Part shown: in pieces, positions 46,710 to 57,560 of the stretch | Layout: every line of letters begins with the position of its first letter | Numbering within the stretch: position 1 is the stretch's first letter | From: an uncultured Acidobacteriia bacterium | GTDB taxonomy: Bacteria > Acidobacteriota > Terriglobia > Bryobacterales > Bryobacteraceae | Direction of reading: 5' to 3' | DNA length: 64,000 bases | Assembly (NCBI GenBank): GCA_903909435.1 | Contig: CAIVVT010000157.1 | Coordinates: 3,183 to 67,182, forward strand | Notes under the pieces: generated by a model | Database searches by the model: none | Seen by the model: the letters and a program-made list of their open reading frames with translations, nothing else | Told to the model about the DNA's origin: nothing | Made by a program: the position numbers and the translations under genes

Positions 46710-47798
46710 TCAGCCCACGGGCTGTTGCTGGCTCAGGCAGTGCAGTGTGCCGTAGCCGAGCACTAGATCGACGGCGTGGATACCGACCACTTCGCGATCC
46801 TTGAAGAGCTCGCCGAGAATCCCCAGCGCGACCCGGTCGTTCGGATCGTTGAAGGTCGGGACGATCACGGCGGCGTTCGAGATGTAAAAGTTGGCGTAGC
46901 TGGCGGGCAGGCGGTCGCCATCAAAGGTGATCGGCTTCGGCATCGGGAGCGCGACCACTTCGGGTTTCGATCCATCTTCCAGCCGGAAGTCCCGCACCCG
47001 CTCCCAGTTTTCCGCGAGCGGTTTGTAGTTGATGTCCTTGCGGTTGTCTTCGCGGATGAGGACCAGAGTGTTCGCGTTCACAAACCGGCAGATGTCGTCC
47101 ACGTGCCCGTGGGTGTCGTCTCCGACGACGCCGCCGCCGAGCCAGAGGACGTTGGTCACGCCCAGGTACTTGCGCAGCGTGCCCTCGAATTCGCTCTTCG
47201 AGAGGCCGGGATTGCGCACCTGTGTTTGCGGGTCGAGATAGCATTCCTCGGTGGTGAGCAGTGAGCCGCGCCCGTTGACGTCGATGCCTCCTCCCTCCAG
47301 CACGAACTTGCGCTCACCGGATCGCGAATCGAACAATTGCTTGCCCAAGTGTTTGGCGGCCATTACGGGGACGCGGCGGTCTTTTTGCCAGTCCTCGTAC
47401 TTTGCCCACGCGTTGAAATGAAAATGCACGATGGCCGTCTCGCGCCTGCCCTTCGAGCGCTTCACGAAGACCGGTCCGCTATCTCGCATCCAGCCTCGAT
47501 TGGTGGGGTGCACGATGAACTCGACGCGCGAGAGGTCTGCGCCGGCGCGCGTGAGGTAGCGGCTGGCCAGTTTCGCTTCGGATTTCGAACCCACCAGCAT
47601 TCGCACCAGCTCGCCCGCCGATATCTTCCTGACCATTTCGCCGTAGACCCAGCGGATTGTGTCGAGCTTGTCGGGCCAATCGGTCGGGTTATGCGGCCAA
47701 CCGAGCCAGGTCGCGGCATGCTTCTCCCACTCGGCCGGCATGCGGTAGCCGAGCGCCGCGGGGGTTGGCTCGATTGTGTTGTTCAAACGGGACATCAA
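46710..47798 (-). CDS. aguA: Agmatine deiminase
   Basis: YRMPAEWEKHAATWLGWPH, WMRDSGP, DDTHGHVDD, and the C-terminal GTLHCLSQQQP catalytic Cys motif. Confidence 0.85.
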   Translation of the reverse strand: MMSRLNNTIEPTPAALGYRMPAEWEKHAATWLGWPHNPTDWPDKLDTIRWVYGEMVRKISAGELVRMLVGSKSEAKLASRYLTRAGADLSRVEFIVHPTNRGWMRDSGPVFVKRSKGRRETAIVHFHFNAWAKYEDWQKDRRVPVMAAKHLGKQLFDSRSGERKFVLEGGGIDVNGRGSLLTTEECYLDPQTQVRNPGLSKSEFEGTLRKYLGVTNVLWLGGGVVGDDTHGHVDDICRFVNANTLVLIREDNRKDINYKPLAENWERVRDFRLEDGSKPEVVALPMPKPITFDGDRLPASYANFYISNAAVIVPTFNDPNDRVALGILGELFKDREVVGIHAVDLVLGYGTLHCLSQQQPVG

Positions 47799-47870
47799 TG
47801 TTGAGGATAGTTCGAGGTGCGAGCGCGCGTCTATCGCTTAAACTGATAAGTGCAGCATCGGAACTCAACC

Positions 47871-49085
47871 ATGGCCAAGAAGACCACCACCCCCGCAAAA
47901 CGCTACCGCGAAGACATGACCGAGATGCCCGACTGGATGAAGAAGAAGAAGTGCCCGAACCGCGACAAATTCATGTCCGGTCCGCGCATTCTCCCCAAGA
48001 ACATCAAGGGCAAGGAGAAGCTCGCCGATCTGATCGACAGCACTTTCCTGGCATACAATTCGGCGCGCCTGAAGGAAGGCTGTCAGCTCTTCACGCAGAA
48101 GATGCTGGAGCCCGATGTGACGATTGGCATGAGTCTTTCCGGTGCATTGACGCCGGCCGGTCTGGGCTGCTCCTCCATCGTGCCCTTGATCAAGGCGGGG
48201 TTCGTCGATTGGATCGTTTCCACGGGAGCGATTCTGTATCACGACATGCACTTCGCGTTGAACTATCCGGTGATGGTAGGCGACCACAAGATGGACGACA
48301 CGGAGTTGCGCAACAACGACATCGTGCGCGTTTACGACGTGCTGATCGGCTACAGCGATTGCCTGATGGCGACGGACGAGATCCTGCGAGAAATGCTGAT
48401 TCAGCCCGAATTCCAGAAGGAAATGGGCACGCCTGAATTGCATTATCTGCTGGGCAAGTACTGCGCTGAGTGGGAACGTAAAGCGGGACTAAAGGACGTC
48501 TCCGTGCTGGCGGCGGCTTACCGCGCCGGCGTGCCTTGCTTCACTTCGTCACCCGGCGATTCCACCATCGGAATGAACGTCGCCGGCGTGGAGTTGCGCG
48601 GTAACAAACTGCGCCTGAATCCCTCGATCGACGTCAACGAATCGACGGCCATCGTGCTGGCGGCGAAGCGTTCCGGTGGCAAGAGCGCCGTGGTTCTCTG
48701 GGGCGGCGGCAGTCCGAAGAATTTCATGCTCCAGACCGAGCCGCAGATCCAGGAAGTGCTGCGCATTAAGGAATTTGGCCAGGATTACTTCCTGCAGGTG
48801 ACTGACGCGCGGCCCGACACGGGCGGCCTGAGCGGCGCCACGCCGAGCGAGGCAGTAAGTTGGGGCAAGGTGGATCCCGACCGTCTGCCCGACGCGGTGG
48901 TCTGCTACACCGACACGACCATCGCGATGCCGCTACTGACTTACTACGCGCTCTCACGCCGCCCGGCCCGCAAGCTGCGCCGGTTGTACGACCAGCGCGG
49001 CGCGATGGTGAAGGCGCTCACTAAGGAGTACTTCGCCCACAACAAGGTGAAGATGCTTGACGGTTCAGCGCCGGAACTCGACTAG
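47871..49085 (+). CDS. Deoxyhypusine synthase family protein (homospermidine-synthase-like)
   Basis: ORF 47850..49085; ATG 47871. [53 protein letters not shown] is the DHS-like pattern. Confidence 0.8.
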   Translation: MAKKTTTPAKRYREDMTEMPDWMKKKKCPNRDKFMSGPRILPKNIKGKEKLADLIDSTFLAYNSARLKEGCQLFTQKMLEPDVTIGMSLSGALTPAGLGCSSIVPLIKAGFVDWIVSTGAILYHDMHFALNYPVMVGDHKMDDTELRNNDIVRVYDVLIGYSDCLMATDEILREMLIQPEFQKEMGTPELHYLLGKYCAEWERKAGLKDVSVLAAAYRAGVPCFTSSPGDSTIGMNVAGVELRGNKLRLNPSIDVNESTAIVLAAKRSGGKSAVVLWGGGSPKNFMLQTEPQIQEVLRIKEFGQDYFLQVTDARPDTGGLSGATPSEAVSWGKVDPDRLPDAVVCYTDTTIAMPLLTYYALSRRPARKLRRLYDQRGAMVKALTKEYFAHNKVKMLDGSAPELD

Positions 49086-49638
49086 AGCGCCAAGCCGCTG
49101 CTTTGAACCGTGGGACTTGAAGCGGATTGGCCTCGGCGGGGTTAGCCTCCGCTCCAGGCGGCTGCATGCGCCAAGAGGAGCGGAGCATGTGTCAGCGAGC
49201 TTGACAGAGCCTATCCCGCTCAGAATGCGATCGCGAGTATCACTTCGGGCACCAGCCGAAACGGCTGTGGGAGGACACGCCCGGCCAAGCCAGCCGGCAA
49301 TTCGGTGCAATCTGGACCGAAAGTCTCGTTTGAGACATGGCCGAGTTGAAGAACCGGGGACTCGTTGTTGATGCTGTCTGCATGCTGAATCTGCGCCCGT
49401 CGTCGTTGACTGCCGGAAAGGTCGAGGTCCCTTAGGAGGCGAGGGAGCTGTTTGGCCAGGAATGCGTTGCCGATGTTAACATGAAGGGGCGACGGGCAGC
49501 AGAGCTTGGACCGGCAGGTTCTGAGTTCCAATTACCATGCGATTGCATGGGCAGGTTCCAGGCTTGTCCAGTGCGAATCCAGCGCGGCACGAGAGTTCAG
49601 CTGCTGGGATGGTCTGTCATTGGTTGCAACAAAAGGTC

Positions 49639-49714
49639 GCCGGCGTAGCTCAGTAGGTAGAGCATCTGATTTGTAATCAGAGGGTCGCAGGTTCAATTCC
49701 TGTCGCCGGCTCCA
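49639..49714 (+). tRNA. tRNA-Thr (anticodon TGT)
   Basis: Hand-folded cloverleaf: acceptor GCCGGCG/CGCCGGC, D arm GCTC-AGTAGGTA-GAGC, anticodon arm TCTGA-TTTGTAA-TCAGA, T arm GCAGG-TTCAATT-CCTGT, encoded CCA. Confidence 0.9.
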
Positions 49715-50214
49715 TAAACCAGTCTCGGACCTGCAACCCCTCACAGGATGACGGGCTTGGGCGGTATGCGGGACGGCCCCAGTTCGCACACGGCGACATG
49801 GATTGCACTACCCGGTTCTTCCTCGGGGATGTGGTGGGGGCTTCCGAAGTGGTCGAACCTTTCGAACTCCAGAAGGCCGTACTCCAGAAGGAAGCCACGC
49901 ATACGAAAGATTTGGATTTCCCGGCCAACCACCGCCCTGAGCGAGGTGGTGCAATCCGACTCATTCATGCGTCGCAAATGGCTATTGCATGTTCGGATCG
50001 GAGTTGACGCGGCGCACGGATCGGTCGCGCGTTGCTGTGGCCAGGATGCGTTCGCCCCATCCGTAGGTAAACCAAAGCTGGTAACGCACCTTGAGGCGCC
50101 GAACGCGTTGATCCGAGTGTGCTGTTGGCCGCGGACCGCGCCGTTCGCTTGCCCACTTTTCGTTTCCGACCCCAGTGCTTCGAATTCGCGCCGGCGGCGG
50201 GAGTGCGGCCCTCC

Positions 50215-50700
50215 ACGTGCTCAACTGCTCGACGCTGGCCCTCACCGGCCACCTGGGTGTAGGCGCCAAGAATCATAGCAGGCGAGGCATGCCGCAGTTG
50301 CCACTGGATATCCTTCCTGATGGTGCCGTTGTGTGCGAGCATTGCCCTGCTGAAGCGGAACATCTGATCGTTCAACAGGCGTACGAGCGTTGACGGATGG
50401 CGTGCCGAGATTCGACGAGCGCAATCAGTACCGCCCTTCGGTCAGAGGGTGCACCTGCCCCATCTCCAATTACGCGATCGGCAACCCCCACTTAACTGAG
50501 GATGGACCTGCGATTGACGACCGGTTCGAAATGCTCCAATCCAGAGGAAATGCGCAGGAACCAGGTAGAAAGGCTCAACCACGTGGGAGCCCGGCAGGAG
50601 CGCATACAATTTGGGGGGGTGAGGAGACTTGCAGGCCAGGAACTGGCTCCCACTTTGCCGTTTTCAGCTTGTTGGCATGGTTCCAGAAGATCGGGGCCGC
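50215..50700 (-). pseudogene. Frameshifted/truncated tyrosine recombinase (integrase) remnant
   Basis: Minus-strand fragments sit in different frames. One is ...LWIGAFRTGRQSQV (box-I-like). Another is FRFSRAMLAHNGTIRKDIQWQLRHASPAMILGAYTQV..RRAVE (box II H-x-x-R...Y-like). It lies ~0.5 kb from the tRNA-Thr 3' end. Coordinates are approximate. Confidence 0.55.
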
Positions 50701-50767
50701 GTTCGCGGCCCCGTATCCCCGACTATCGAGATTGAAGAGGCTCAAACCTCCCTATTGCTGGCGGGAA

Positions 50768-53700
50768 TCAATCGTCGCTGTCGCGTTTGGGAGCGCCCGT
50801 ATTGACGACAGACATTGCCTCCAAGTAGAGCCGCTTCTGCGCCTGCTTGTAACTGCGAGCATTCAATCGGTGCTGCTGTGCCGCGGTGGCGTGCAGTTCG
50901 TCAGCCTGGATTGAGAGCCGTGCCAGCATTCCGAGACGAAGGCTGTCGCGATCGGGAGAGGAAGTGTCGAGGCGTGAGGAGAGTCTCCAGATCTTCCCGC
51001 CCTCGGGGTGGGAACGGTATGTCACCGTCCGCGTTGGCGTGAAACTCGCCGCGGGGATCTTGTTGTAAGAGCCCTGGAACAGGTCACGCAAGTCCGTGGC
51101 GATCAGGTCATGAATATTGTTTGGAGGCAGCCCCAGCAGCAACTCCTCCGTCTTGACGATGGAGGCCGTGGAGTAATGGCGCAGCCCGATGTAGCCGGGT
51201 TTGGCGAAGGGGCTCACCACAACAAGGGAGTTGCGGTGCGGGTGGATGTGGTCGAGCGAAGACTGAGAGTCGTCGTAAGTGATGAAGATCGCGCTGCCGG
51301 TATTGGTTGCCGCGTCGTAGTATACGGGGCTTTGCATTATGTGCTGGACGATCATGCCCATGCCGACATCGCCGTCAGCCACCTGTTGCATCGGTCCTGC
51401 GGTGACCACTGACTTGTTAGGCGCCTGAACACCGCCCGTGTGGTCGTTGGGCACATAGATGTAAAGCAACTGCGGCAGGGTATCGGCAGCGAGCATGTTG
51501 TCGAAGTCCTGAATGAACTCCTGCGCCCGGCGCTGGTCAGAAATGTTGAAGTTGTAACCAGGGTAGTTGCGGTCCAGGCGAGGCTCGCCATTGGAATTAC
51601 GGCCTCCGAGAATCGCCAGAACCGGCAGGGAGAGGAAGTACGACTGGCCCAGCCCGAGCGTAGGCGAATCGACATCGCCGACATTCTGCAGCGGCACAAC
51701 CAAGCTCGCATTATCGGCCTGCAGGGCAGGATAGCCGAGCTTCCCGCTGGGTTGGTCATTCAGCGTTGTCGGCGCGCTCGACCCAGTATCCGTTCCCTCG
51801 ATGCGGATCAATGCACCGTAGTCTTTGAAACTGACGCCATTGCGCGCCGCATTGTTGAAGATGTATCCACTCTCCGGGTAGTCCTCGGGCTCGAAGTTCT
51901 TGTTGACCAACAGGCCCCGCCCGCTCTTCACCAGTAGCGTCTTTTCGGTGTAATCCGTGGCGGTGCCGGAAGCGCAGAACTGGTGGCCAGCATCACTTTC
52001 TTCCGAGTCGGAGTAGAAGTTTGCGGCGGTGGCGAAGTTCGTCGCCAGCCACTGGTAATTCAGCGATACGCCAGTGTATTGCTTGTTTGTATAGGGTTTG
52101 CCGGTCTTGTCGTTGAAGGTCGTGCTGGCAAACACTCCGAAATGGCCGGCTTGATTGCCCAGCATGGAATCGAACGTCTTGTTCTCATGGAGGATGAAGA
52201 AGACGTGCTTGATCTTCTGGGAAGCACCGCCGCCGGCCGGAACTACTGAAGTGTCCGAGGGCGAGTTCAGGGCGAAGTTGTTCGCCAGTACGGTCGTGTT
52301 ATCCACAATCGTGGATTTCAGGTTGACCTTCTGAACTGTGCCAAACATGTAGTTGCTGTCGACTCCGCTGAATGACGCAACTCCCGTCGTTGCGGCAGCC
52401 TGGGTCGTATCGGTAGCGGGATTGATGTCCTCCGCGATGCCCTTGGCCGAGGCAATGTAGAGCGCGCTGCCATCCTGGCTGACGGCCAGCGCCGAGGGAA
52501 ACCACGCGGTAGGAATGCGGCCAAGTATGGCGGGCTTGAGCGGATTCGTCACGTCGAGCACGGCTACAGAATTCAGACCGGCTTCGGCAACGTACAGGCG
52601 GGTGTTGTCCGGAGACACGCTCAGCGCATTCGGATACGTCCCGTGGATCTTCGAGCGGGAGGATTGGTTCTGAAAGGTGAGTGGTGATAGGTCGAAGTCG
52701 GGCAGCTTCCTGGCATTGTGAACCAGCATCATGCCTAGGCTGTCGTCGTTGGACTTGGCAACGAAGAGTACCTCGATGTCGCCCTTGCGCACAATCGCGG
52801 TCGCCGAGGGGTGAGTTCCGCCGACCTGGCTCTCGGCGTCGATGTCGGTGCCGTGGTAGATCGAGCCCAGCGGTTCCAGCAAGGCCCCATTGCCGCCCGG
52901 TGCGGCGAGGATGGATACGGAAGAGGTCTTGGGTGCCGGACCGCTGGTATCGGTCACAGGGACATAGAAGCCACCGGGCTGATTCACTCCGCCGTCAAAG
53001 AAGCCATCCAACGCGCCTCCGCCCGTTGGAGAGAGCGCTACGAGATTGCCGTTCGAGTCGTACTGCGGGTTCGCGAACTTGTATGCGGTGACTCCCCAAT
53101 TGGATACCATAACCCGGTCGCCGGCCTTGCTGACTGAGACGGAGTAAGGGAAGTAGCCAACCGGGATCTGTTTTACCACCGACATCGCGGCCGTATCAAT
53201 CACGGCTACACTGTTGTCTCCGTTGCAGGCGACATACAAGAACCTACCATCTGGACTGAGTGCCGAACCGGCGGGGAAGCTGATGTGATCGCCAGAGCGG
53301 GACATTCCTGAAGGAACGGGTGGCAGGTTGCCGTTGGCATCCTTGGTCGTGAACGCCGCGGAGGGCGCATGGTTGCTCACAAACCCCGCGTTGTTCGGCG
53401 TGATCGGGGTGATCACGACATGCGCTGGAGTAGCGGCGGAGATCGTGCCAGTCGAGGAAATCGTGTAGATCTTGACGTCGTTGTCGGGCCCACCCGAAGC
53501 CCATACTGTGTAAGGGCCCGCGCCGGTGGCCTGCAGGCCGATGAAGTATGCCCCGGTAGCAATGGAGGAGACGACGGCCATGCTCGAAGTGTCCACGACC
53601 GAGAGCGAGTAGAAGCCCGAATTGGCCGTACTCTGGAGCGAAGCGAACCCGCCCTCGCGTTCGTCGTCGTTAGTCGTCACCAGGTATCGACCATCCGGCG

Positions 53701-54010
53701 TTAAGGCAAGTCCGAGAGGATTCATGCCGACTTGCGCCACCGTGCCCGCCGGCTTGATGATGCGGCCGTTGGGCAGAACGCCATTGTAGTAGCTGCCGAA
53801 TTTGCTCGGCCCAGCGAAGAGTTCCGCCGCCGAGAAGACTCCCTTTTCAGAGGTGCCGTATACGGGTGCGGTGATTGCCCCCCAGTTCGTCACATCGATT
53901 ACCGGACTCTGCGCGTATCCAACCGGCACAACCAGTGCGGCGGCCAGAAGAATGGAAACTACCCCGCGCAGGGGACGGAAGCTGAGATTACTCGCTTTGC
54001 TTTGATTCAT
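50768..54010 (-). CDS. Secreted beta-propeller (YncE/YVTN-like) fused to phosphoesterase (phospholipase C/acid phosphatase family) domain
   Basis: ORF 50768..54109; ATG 54010 gives signal peptide MNQSKASNLSFRPLRGVVSILLAAALVVPVGYA. It has repeated 'SPDG..LYVA...NSVAV.D' blades. KIKHVFFILHENKTFDSMLG and later DHTG motifs are typical of the phosphoesterase family. Confidence 0.8.
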   Translation of the reverse strand: MNQSKASNLSFRPLRGVVSILLAAALVVPVGYAQSPVIDVTNWGAITAPVYGTSEKGVFSAAELFAGPSKFGSYYNGVLPNGRIIKPAGTVAQVGMNPLGLALTPDGRYLVTTNDDEREGGFASLQSTANSGFYSLSVVDTSSMAVVSSIATGAYFIGLQATGAGPYTVWASGGPDNDVKIYTISSTGTISAATPAHVVITPITPNNAGFVSNHAPSAAFTTKDANGNLPPVPSGMSRSGDHISFPAGSALSPDGRFLYVACNGDNSVAVIDTAAMSVVKQIPVGYFPYSVSVSKAGDRVMVSNWGVTAYKFANPQYDSNGNLVALSPTGGGALDGFFDGGVNQPGGFYVPVTDTSGPAPKTSSVSILAAPGGNGALLEPLGSIYHGTDIDAESQVGGTHPSATAIVRKGDIEVLFVAKSNDDSLGMMLVHNARKLPDFDLSPLTFQNQSSRSKIHGTYPNALSVSPDNTRLYVAEAGLNSVAVLDVTNPLKPAILGRIPTAWFPSALAVSQDGSALYIASAKGIAEDINPATDTTQAAATTGVASFSGVDSNYMFGTVQKVNLKSTIVDNTTVLANNFALNSPSDTSVVPAGGGASQKIKHVFFILHENKTFDSMLGNQAGHFGVFASTTFNDKTGKPYTNKQYTGVSLNYQWLATNFATAANFYSDSEESDAGHQFCASGTATDYTEKTLLVKSGRGLLVNKNFEPEDYPESGYIFNNAARNGVSFKDYGALIRIEGTDTGSSAPTTLNDQPSGKLGYPALQADNASLVVPLQNVGDVDSPTLGLGQSYFLSLPVLAILGGRNSNGEPRLDRNYPGYNFNISDQRRAQEFIQDFDNMLAADTLPQLLYIYVPNDHTGGVQAPNKSVVTAGPMQQVADGDVGMGMIVQHIMQSPVYYDAATNTGSAIFITYDDSQSSLDHIHPHRNSLVVVSPFAKPGYIGLRHYSTASIVKTEELLLGLPPNNIHDLIATDLRDLFQGSYNKIPAASFTPTRTVTYRSHPEGGKIWRLSSRLDTSSPDRDSLRLGMLARLSIQADELHATAAQQHRLNARSYKQAQKRLYLEAMSVVNTGAPKRDSDD

Positions 54011-54422
54011 CCGGTTTGTCCTTTCAGGCGGTCCGCGGTTGCTTTCTCTGAAGCTCGCGCCGCGCGTGCTGACCCGCAGCACGCCGTGTAGACGATAGCG
54101 TGGTGACATGAATCTGAGATTAGGGATCGGTTACTACTGTGTATATACGCTTAACATCGTGATCGCATCCGATCCGCCGATTGCTTGACGAGTAATCGAA
54201 GAGGTACTTCCGTGGTGGGCGCGAAGAGCCTCGACCACTGGTTCTCAGCGATCGCCCAGGTTAGCGCACGCTTACGGTCGCTTCATGGCCAGCGCTATGG
54301 GCAGACGCTACGTGCCCGACTGGAGGGGTTGAGGTTGGATGATTGATAGTGCTGTACCTGCTGATTGTGCTCTATTTGTGATCCAGGATTAACTTCGCTT
54401 TGGCAGACTGAACGCTTATCTG

Positions 54423-57404
54423 ATGTCCCCGGAGGTCGGTGTGCGTCTGTTCCCGTTCGTCTGCGCCATTCTTGTTCTGGCGGCACAAATGGATGCCCAG
54501 TCCGGCCGCTCAGCGCTTACCGGCACGGTTCGTGATCAAAGCGGCGGGTTCATTCCGTCGGCGGTGGTGCGGGCCGTACAGCCGGCTACTGGACTAGTGC
54601 GAGAGACAGTCACCAACAATGAGGGCAACTACCAGATCGGAGGGATGCCCGTTGGCCGTTACCGGATCACAATCGCCAAAGCCGGGTTTGCTCCGCTCAG
54701 TTTCGAGGAGGTGGATCAGCCGATTGGGCTGACTCGAACGCTTGACGCGACGCTTACAGTCGCCGGTAAGGGGGACCAAGTGGCCGTTGTGGCGTCCCTC
54801 GTGCAACTTGACCAGACGACCGCTTCGCTGGGCGGTCGTATCGAGCGGCAGCAGGTCGCAGGGTTGCCCTTGAATGGACGCAATTGGTCGGGCATGACGG
54901 CATTGGTCCCGGGAGCGATAGACTCCGGCGGCAGCAACATGAAATCCATCCGCTTCGCTGGCCGTGCGCTCGACGACAACAACTTCACGTTGGATGGTGT
55001 AGACGCGACCGGCGTTCTCAACCAGGCCCAGCGCGGGCAAGGACGATTGACGATTCCAACCGAATCGATTTCGGAATTCCGCGTCGAGTCGATGCTCTAC
55101 GCGTCGGAGCTGGGCGGAGCCGCGGGAGGGCAGGTGTCCATCGCCTCGCCTTCCGGCACGAACCAGTTTCATGGCAGCCTGTTCGAATACTTTCGCAACG
55201 ACGTCCTCAACGCTCGCACACCCTTCGACCCGGCCGAGCGCCCGCCTTTCCGCTTGAACCAGTACGGCGGCAGTTTAGGTGGGCCGATCGCGCATGACCG
55301 AACATTCTTTTTCGTCGATTACGAGGGCTATCATCAGCGATTGGGGCAAACGCTGACAGGCTTCGTGCCAAGCGACGCTTTCCGCAGATCGGCCGTCGAT
55401 TCTGTTGCCCCCATTCTCACAACCTACCCGGCGGGAAACGGGCCCCTGGTTGACCCAAATATAGCGACTTACCGATTCCAAGGATCGCAAAACGTCGATG
55501 AGAACACAGGCATGGCGCGTGTGGATCACAGCTTTCGAGGTAGCCTAACCGGATTCGTGCGATACAACGTGGACGAGGCTTTGTCGCATGTACCTATAGG
55601 CAACATCGGGCTCCGGCAGAACATCGACACGCAGCCGCAAAACGGCGTTGCCGAAATTCTCCATACGTTATCGCCGCGAATGACAAATGAATACAAATTC
55701 GGGTTCAATCAGGAGATCACGCACACAGTGAATCGCTCGCCGCTGGCATACACGATTTCAGCTCCTGGGTTCAGTCCCATTACGGCCGGGTCTACTAAGG
55801 ATGAACGAGGCGCGACACTATCCGGAATCGACAACCTGAGTCTGGTGCGCGGCCGTCACGTGCTGAAAGCCGGCGTCGAGTTGCGCTATGTGGAGATGGG
55901 CCAGGGGAATTCATTCAGCGGCACGATAACGTACTCCACGCTGGCAAATCTAGCGGCGAACAAGCTTGACAAGGGTACCCAAACCGCATTACTGCCGATG
56001 AAGCATCAGCGCAAGACGCAGGTTTTCGCCTACGTGCAGGACGAATACAAACTCACGCCTAACCTCACTCTCAACATGGGATTGCGTTACGAGTTTTACA
56101 ACGTGTTCCACGAGACCGAAAATCGTGCAATTCCATTTGACTTTGCGACATGCGGGCCGCCAGGCTACTGTGCTCGAGGCAGTGACTTCACATTTCCGAA
56201 TCTCCATGACCTCGACCCGCGCGTTGCGCTGGCTTGGTCTCCAAAAGTACTCAAAGGAAGAACGGTGGTTCGAGCGGGAGCAGGCATCTACCACGGGGAC
56301 GGGCAACTCGACGACCAGAACCTGCCGATCGCTAACGACGTGCACAGGTACAGCCTGACGCGGGTCAGTTTTCCCTCGTTATCCTATCCGATCGATTCGT
56401 ATCTTCAGCAAGCAACGGGTGTGGTGACGCCGCGGTTGCTCGATCGCAAGCGCAAGGACATGTACGTAAGCCAGTGGGGGGTATCCCTGCAACAGGATCT
56501 CAGCCATAGCTTGATGGGCACGCTTTCGTATGCGGGCAGCAAAGGCACAGACTTGTTGACGACCAGCGATGTAAATGCCATCAACCCGGCGACCGGTGCA
56601 CGACCATATCCAAACTTCGGGATCGTCGAATACCGGGGCAACACGAGTAACAGCGACTACAACGCGCTCCAACTCTCCGCACAGCGGTACTTCCAGCGGG
56701 GGCTCTCGCTCGGTGCGAACTACATGTGGTCGCACTCGATCAACGACGGTTCGATTGGCGGAGGCGAAGCCGTCTTCCCGCAGTTCCTGAATTGCCGGGC
56801 GTGCGAACGCGCATCGAGCGACCAGGACGTAAGGCACGTGTTCACGACCAATTCCGTTTATTCACTGCCCTTCGGACAGGGTAGGCGTTACCTGGGTGCC
56901 CGTAGCATCGGGCGAGTGTTGCTGGGCGGTTGGCAACTCGCGACCATCGCCTCGGCGCGCAGCGGGTTGCCGGTCAACGTAACCGTGGATCGCGGTTCGA
57001 GCGACCTGATTGACGGGTACAATACGAATCAACGCCCGAACATATTACCAGGTGTTGCACTGACGCCGGCGGACGGATCGTCACCGGGCCTTTGGATCAA
57101 CCCGCTGGCCTTCGCAGTGCCCGCAAATGGCGCCTGGGGCAACGCAGGCCGCAATCTGGTGCGTGCACCGCCGGCTTGGCAAGTGGATCTAAACCTCAGC
57201 CGGAGGATCCCGGTTACGGAGACGGCCAGTTTGCAGGTCCGCGCTGAAGTGTTCAATCTATTCAATCACCCGCAATATGGCTCTCCTCTCGCGGACATTT
57301 CCGCACCATCAACCTTCGGTCGAATAACAACACTGGTCAACACCGGACCCACAGGAACCAGCACACCCCGCCAGATTCAATTTGCTTTGCGGTTGGGGTT
57401 CTGA
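54423..57404 (+). CDS. TonB-dependent receptor with N-terminal carboxypeptidase-regulatory-like domain
   Basis: LTGTVRDQSGGFIPSAVVRAV...TNNEGNYQIGGMPVGRYRITIAKAGF is CarboxypepD_reg-like. It also has a plug region, a long beta-barrel, and a C-terminal ...PRQIQFALRLGF with terminal aromatic residue. Confidence 0.85.
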   Translation: MSPEVGVRLFPFVCAILVLAAQMDAQSGRSALTGTVRDQSGGFIPSAVVRAVQPATGLVRETVTNNEGNYQIGGMPVGRYRITIAKAGFAPLSFEEVDQPIGLTRTLDATLTVAGKGDQVAVVASLVQLDQTTASLGGRIERQQVAGLPLNGRNWSGMTALVPGAIDSGGSNMKSIRFAGRALDDNNFTLDGVDATGVLNQAQRGQGRLTIPTESISEFRVESMLYASELGGAAGGQVSIASPSGTNQFHGSLFEYFRNDVLNARTPFDPAERPPFRLNQYGGSLGGPIAHDRTFFFVDYEGYHQRLGQTLTGFVPSDAFRRSAVDSVAPILTTYPAGNGPLVDPNIATYRFQGSQNVDENTGMARVDHSFRGSLTGFVRYNVDEALSHVPIGNIGLRQNIDTQPQNGVAEILHTLSPRMTNEYKFGFNQEITHTVNRSPLAYTISAPGFSPITAGSTKDERGATLSGIDNLSLVRGRHVLKAGVELRYVEMGQGNSFSGTITYSTLANLAANKLDKGTQTALLPMKHQRKTQVFAYVQDEYKLTPNLTLNMGLRYEFYNVFHETENRAIPFDFATCGPPGYCARGSDFTFPNLHDLDPRVALAWSPKVLKGRTVVRAGAGIYHGDGQLDDQNLPIANDVHRYSLTRVSFPSLSYPIDSYLQQATGVVTPRLLDRKRKDMYVSQWGVSLQQDLSHSLMGTLSYAGSKGTDLLTTSDVNAINPATGARPYPNFGIVEYRGNTSNSDYNALQLSAQRYFQRGLSLGANYMWSHSINDGSIGGGEAVFPQFLNCRACERASSDQDVRHVFTTNSVYSLPFGQGRRYLGARSIGRVLLGGWQLATIASARSGLPVNVTVDRGSSDLIDGYNTNQRPNILPGVALTPADGSSPGLWINPLAFAVPANGAWGNAGRNLVRAPPAWQVDLNLSRRIPVTETASLQVRAEVFNLFNHPQYGSPLADISAPSTFGRITTLVNTGPTGTSTPRQIQFALRLGF

Positions 57405-57560
57405 CCCACAGCGTGAAGCGGGGGCTCGCCGACGCCCAATAGCCTCCAAGTCCGGCTTCATTGCGATCTGGGTGCGGGACGTCAGCCGCGCTGCACAGTG
57501 CGCTGCGAAAAGCTGCCAGAGTAACTGAGAGAGTCACCAACGGACTTGGCGCGGGCTCGC

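Noticed and set aside
49220-49531. 103-aa minus-strand ORF and a 32-codon plus-strand ORF (MAELKNRGLVVDAV...) as possible toxin-antitoxin/PIN remnants upstream of tRNA-Thr.
   Set aside because: I recognised no family motifs beyond a vague PIN-like N-terminus. There is no RBS, and both lie in a region with generally broken reading frames.
50613-50619. G7 homopolymer as a phase-variation tract.
   Set aside because: It lies in the decayed integrase region, with no intact gene or promoter that it could switch.
54110-54422. Possible cobalamin riboswitch upstream of the TonB-dependent receptor (cgaccactgg resembles a B12 box).
   Set aside because: The other conserved riboswitch elements (GGGAA-type core, paired regions around the B12 box) are not evident. 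A single partial box is not sufficient.
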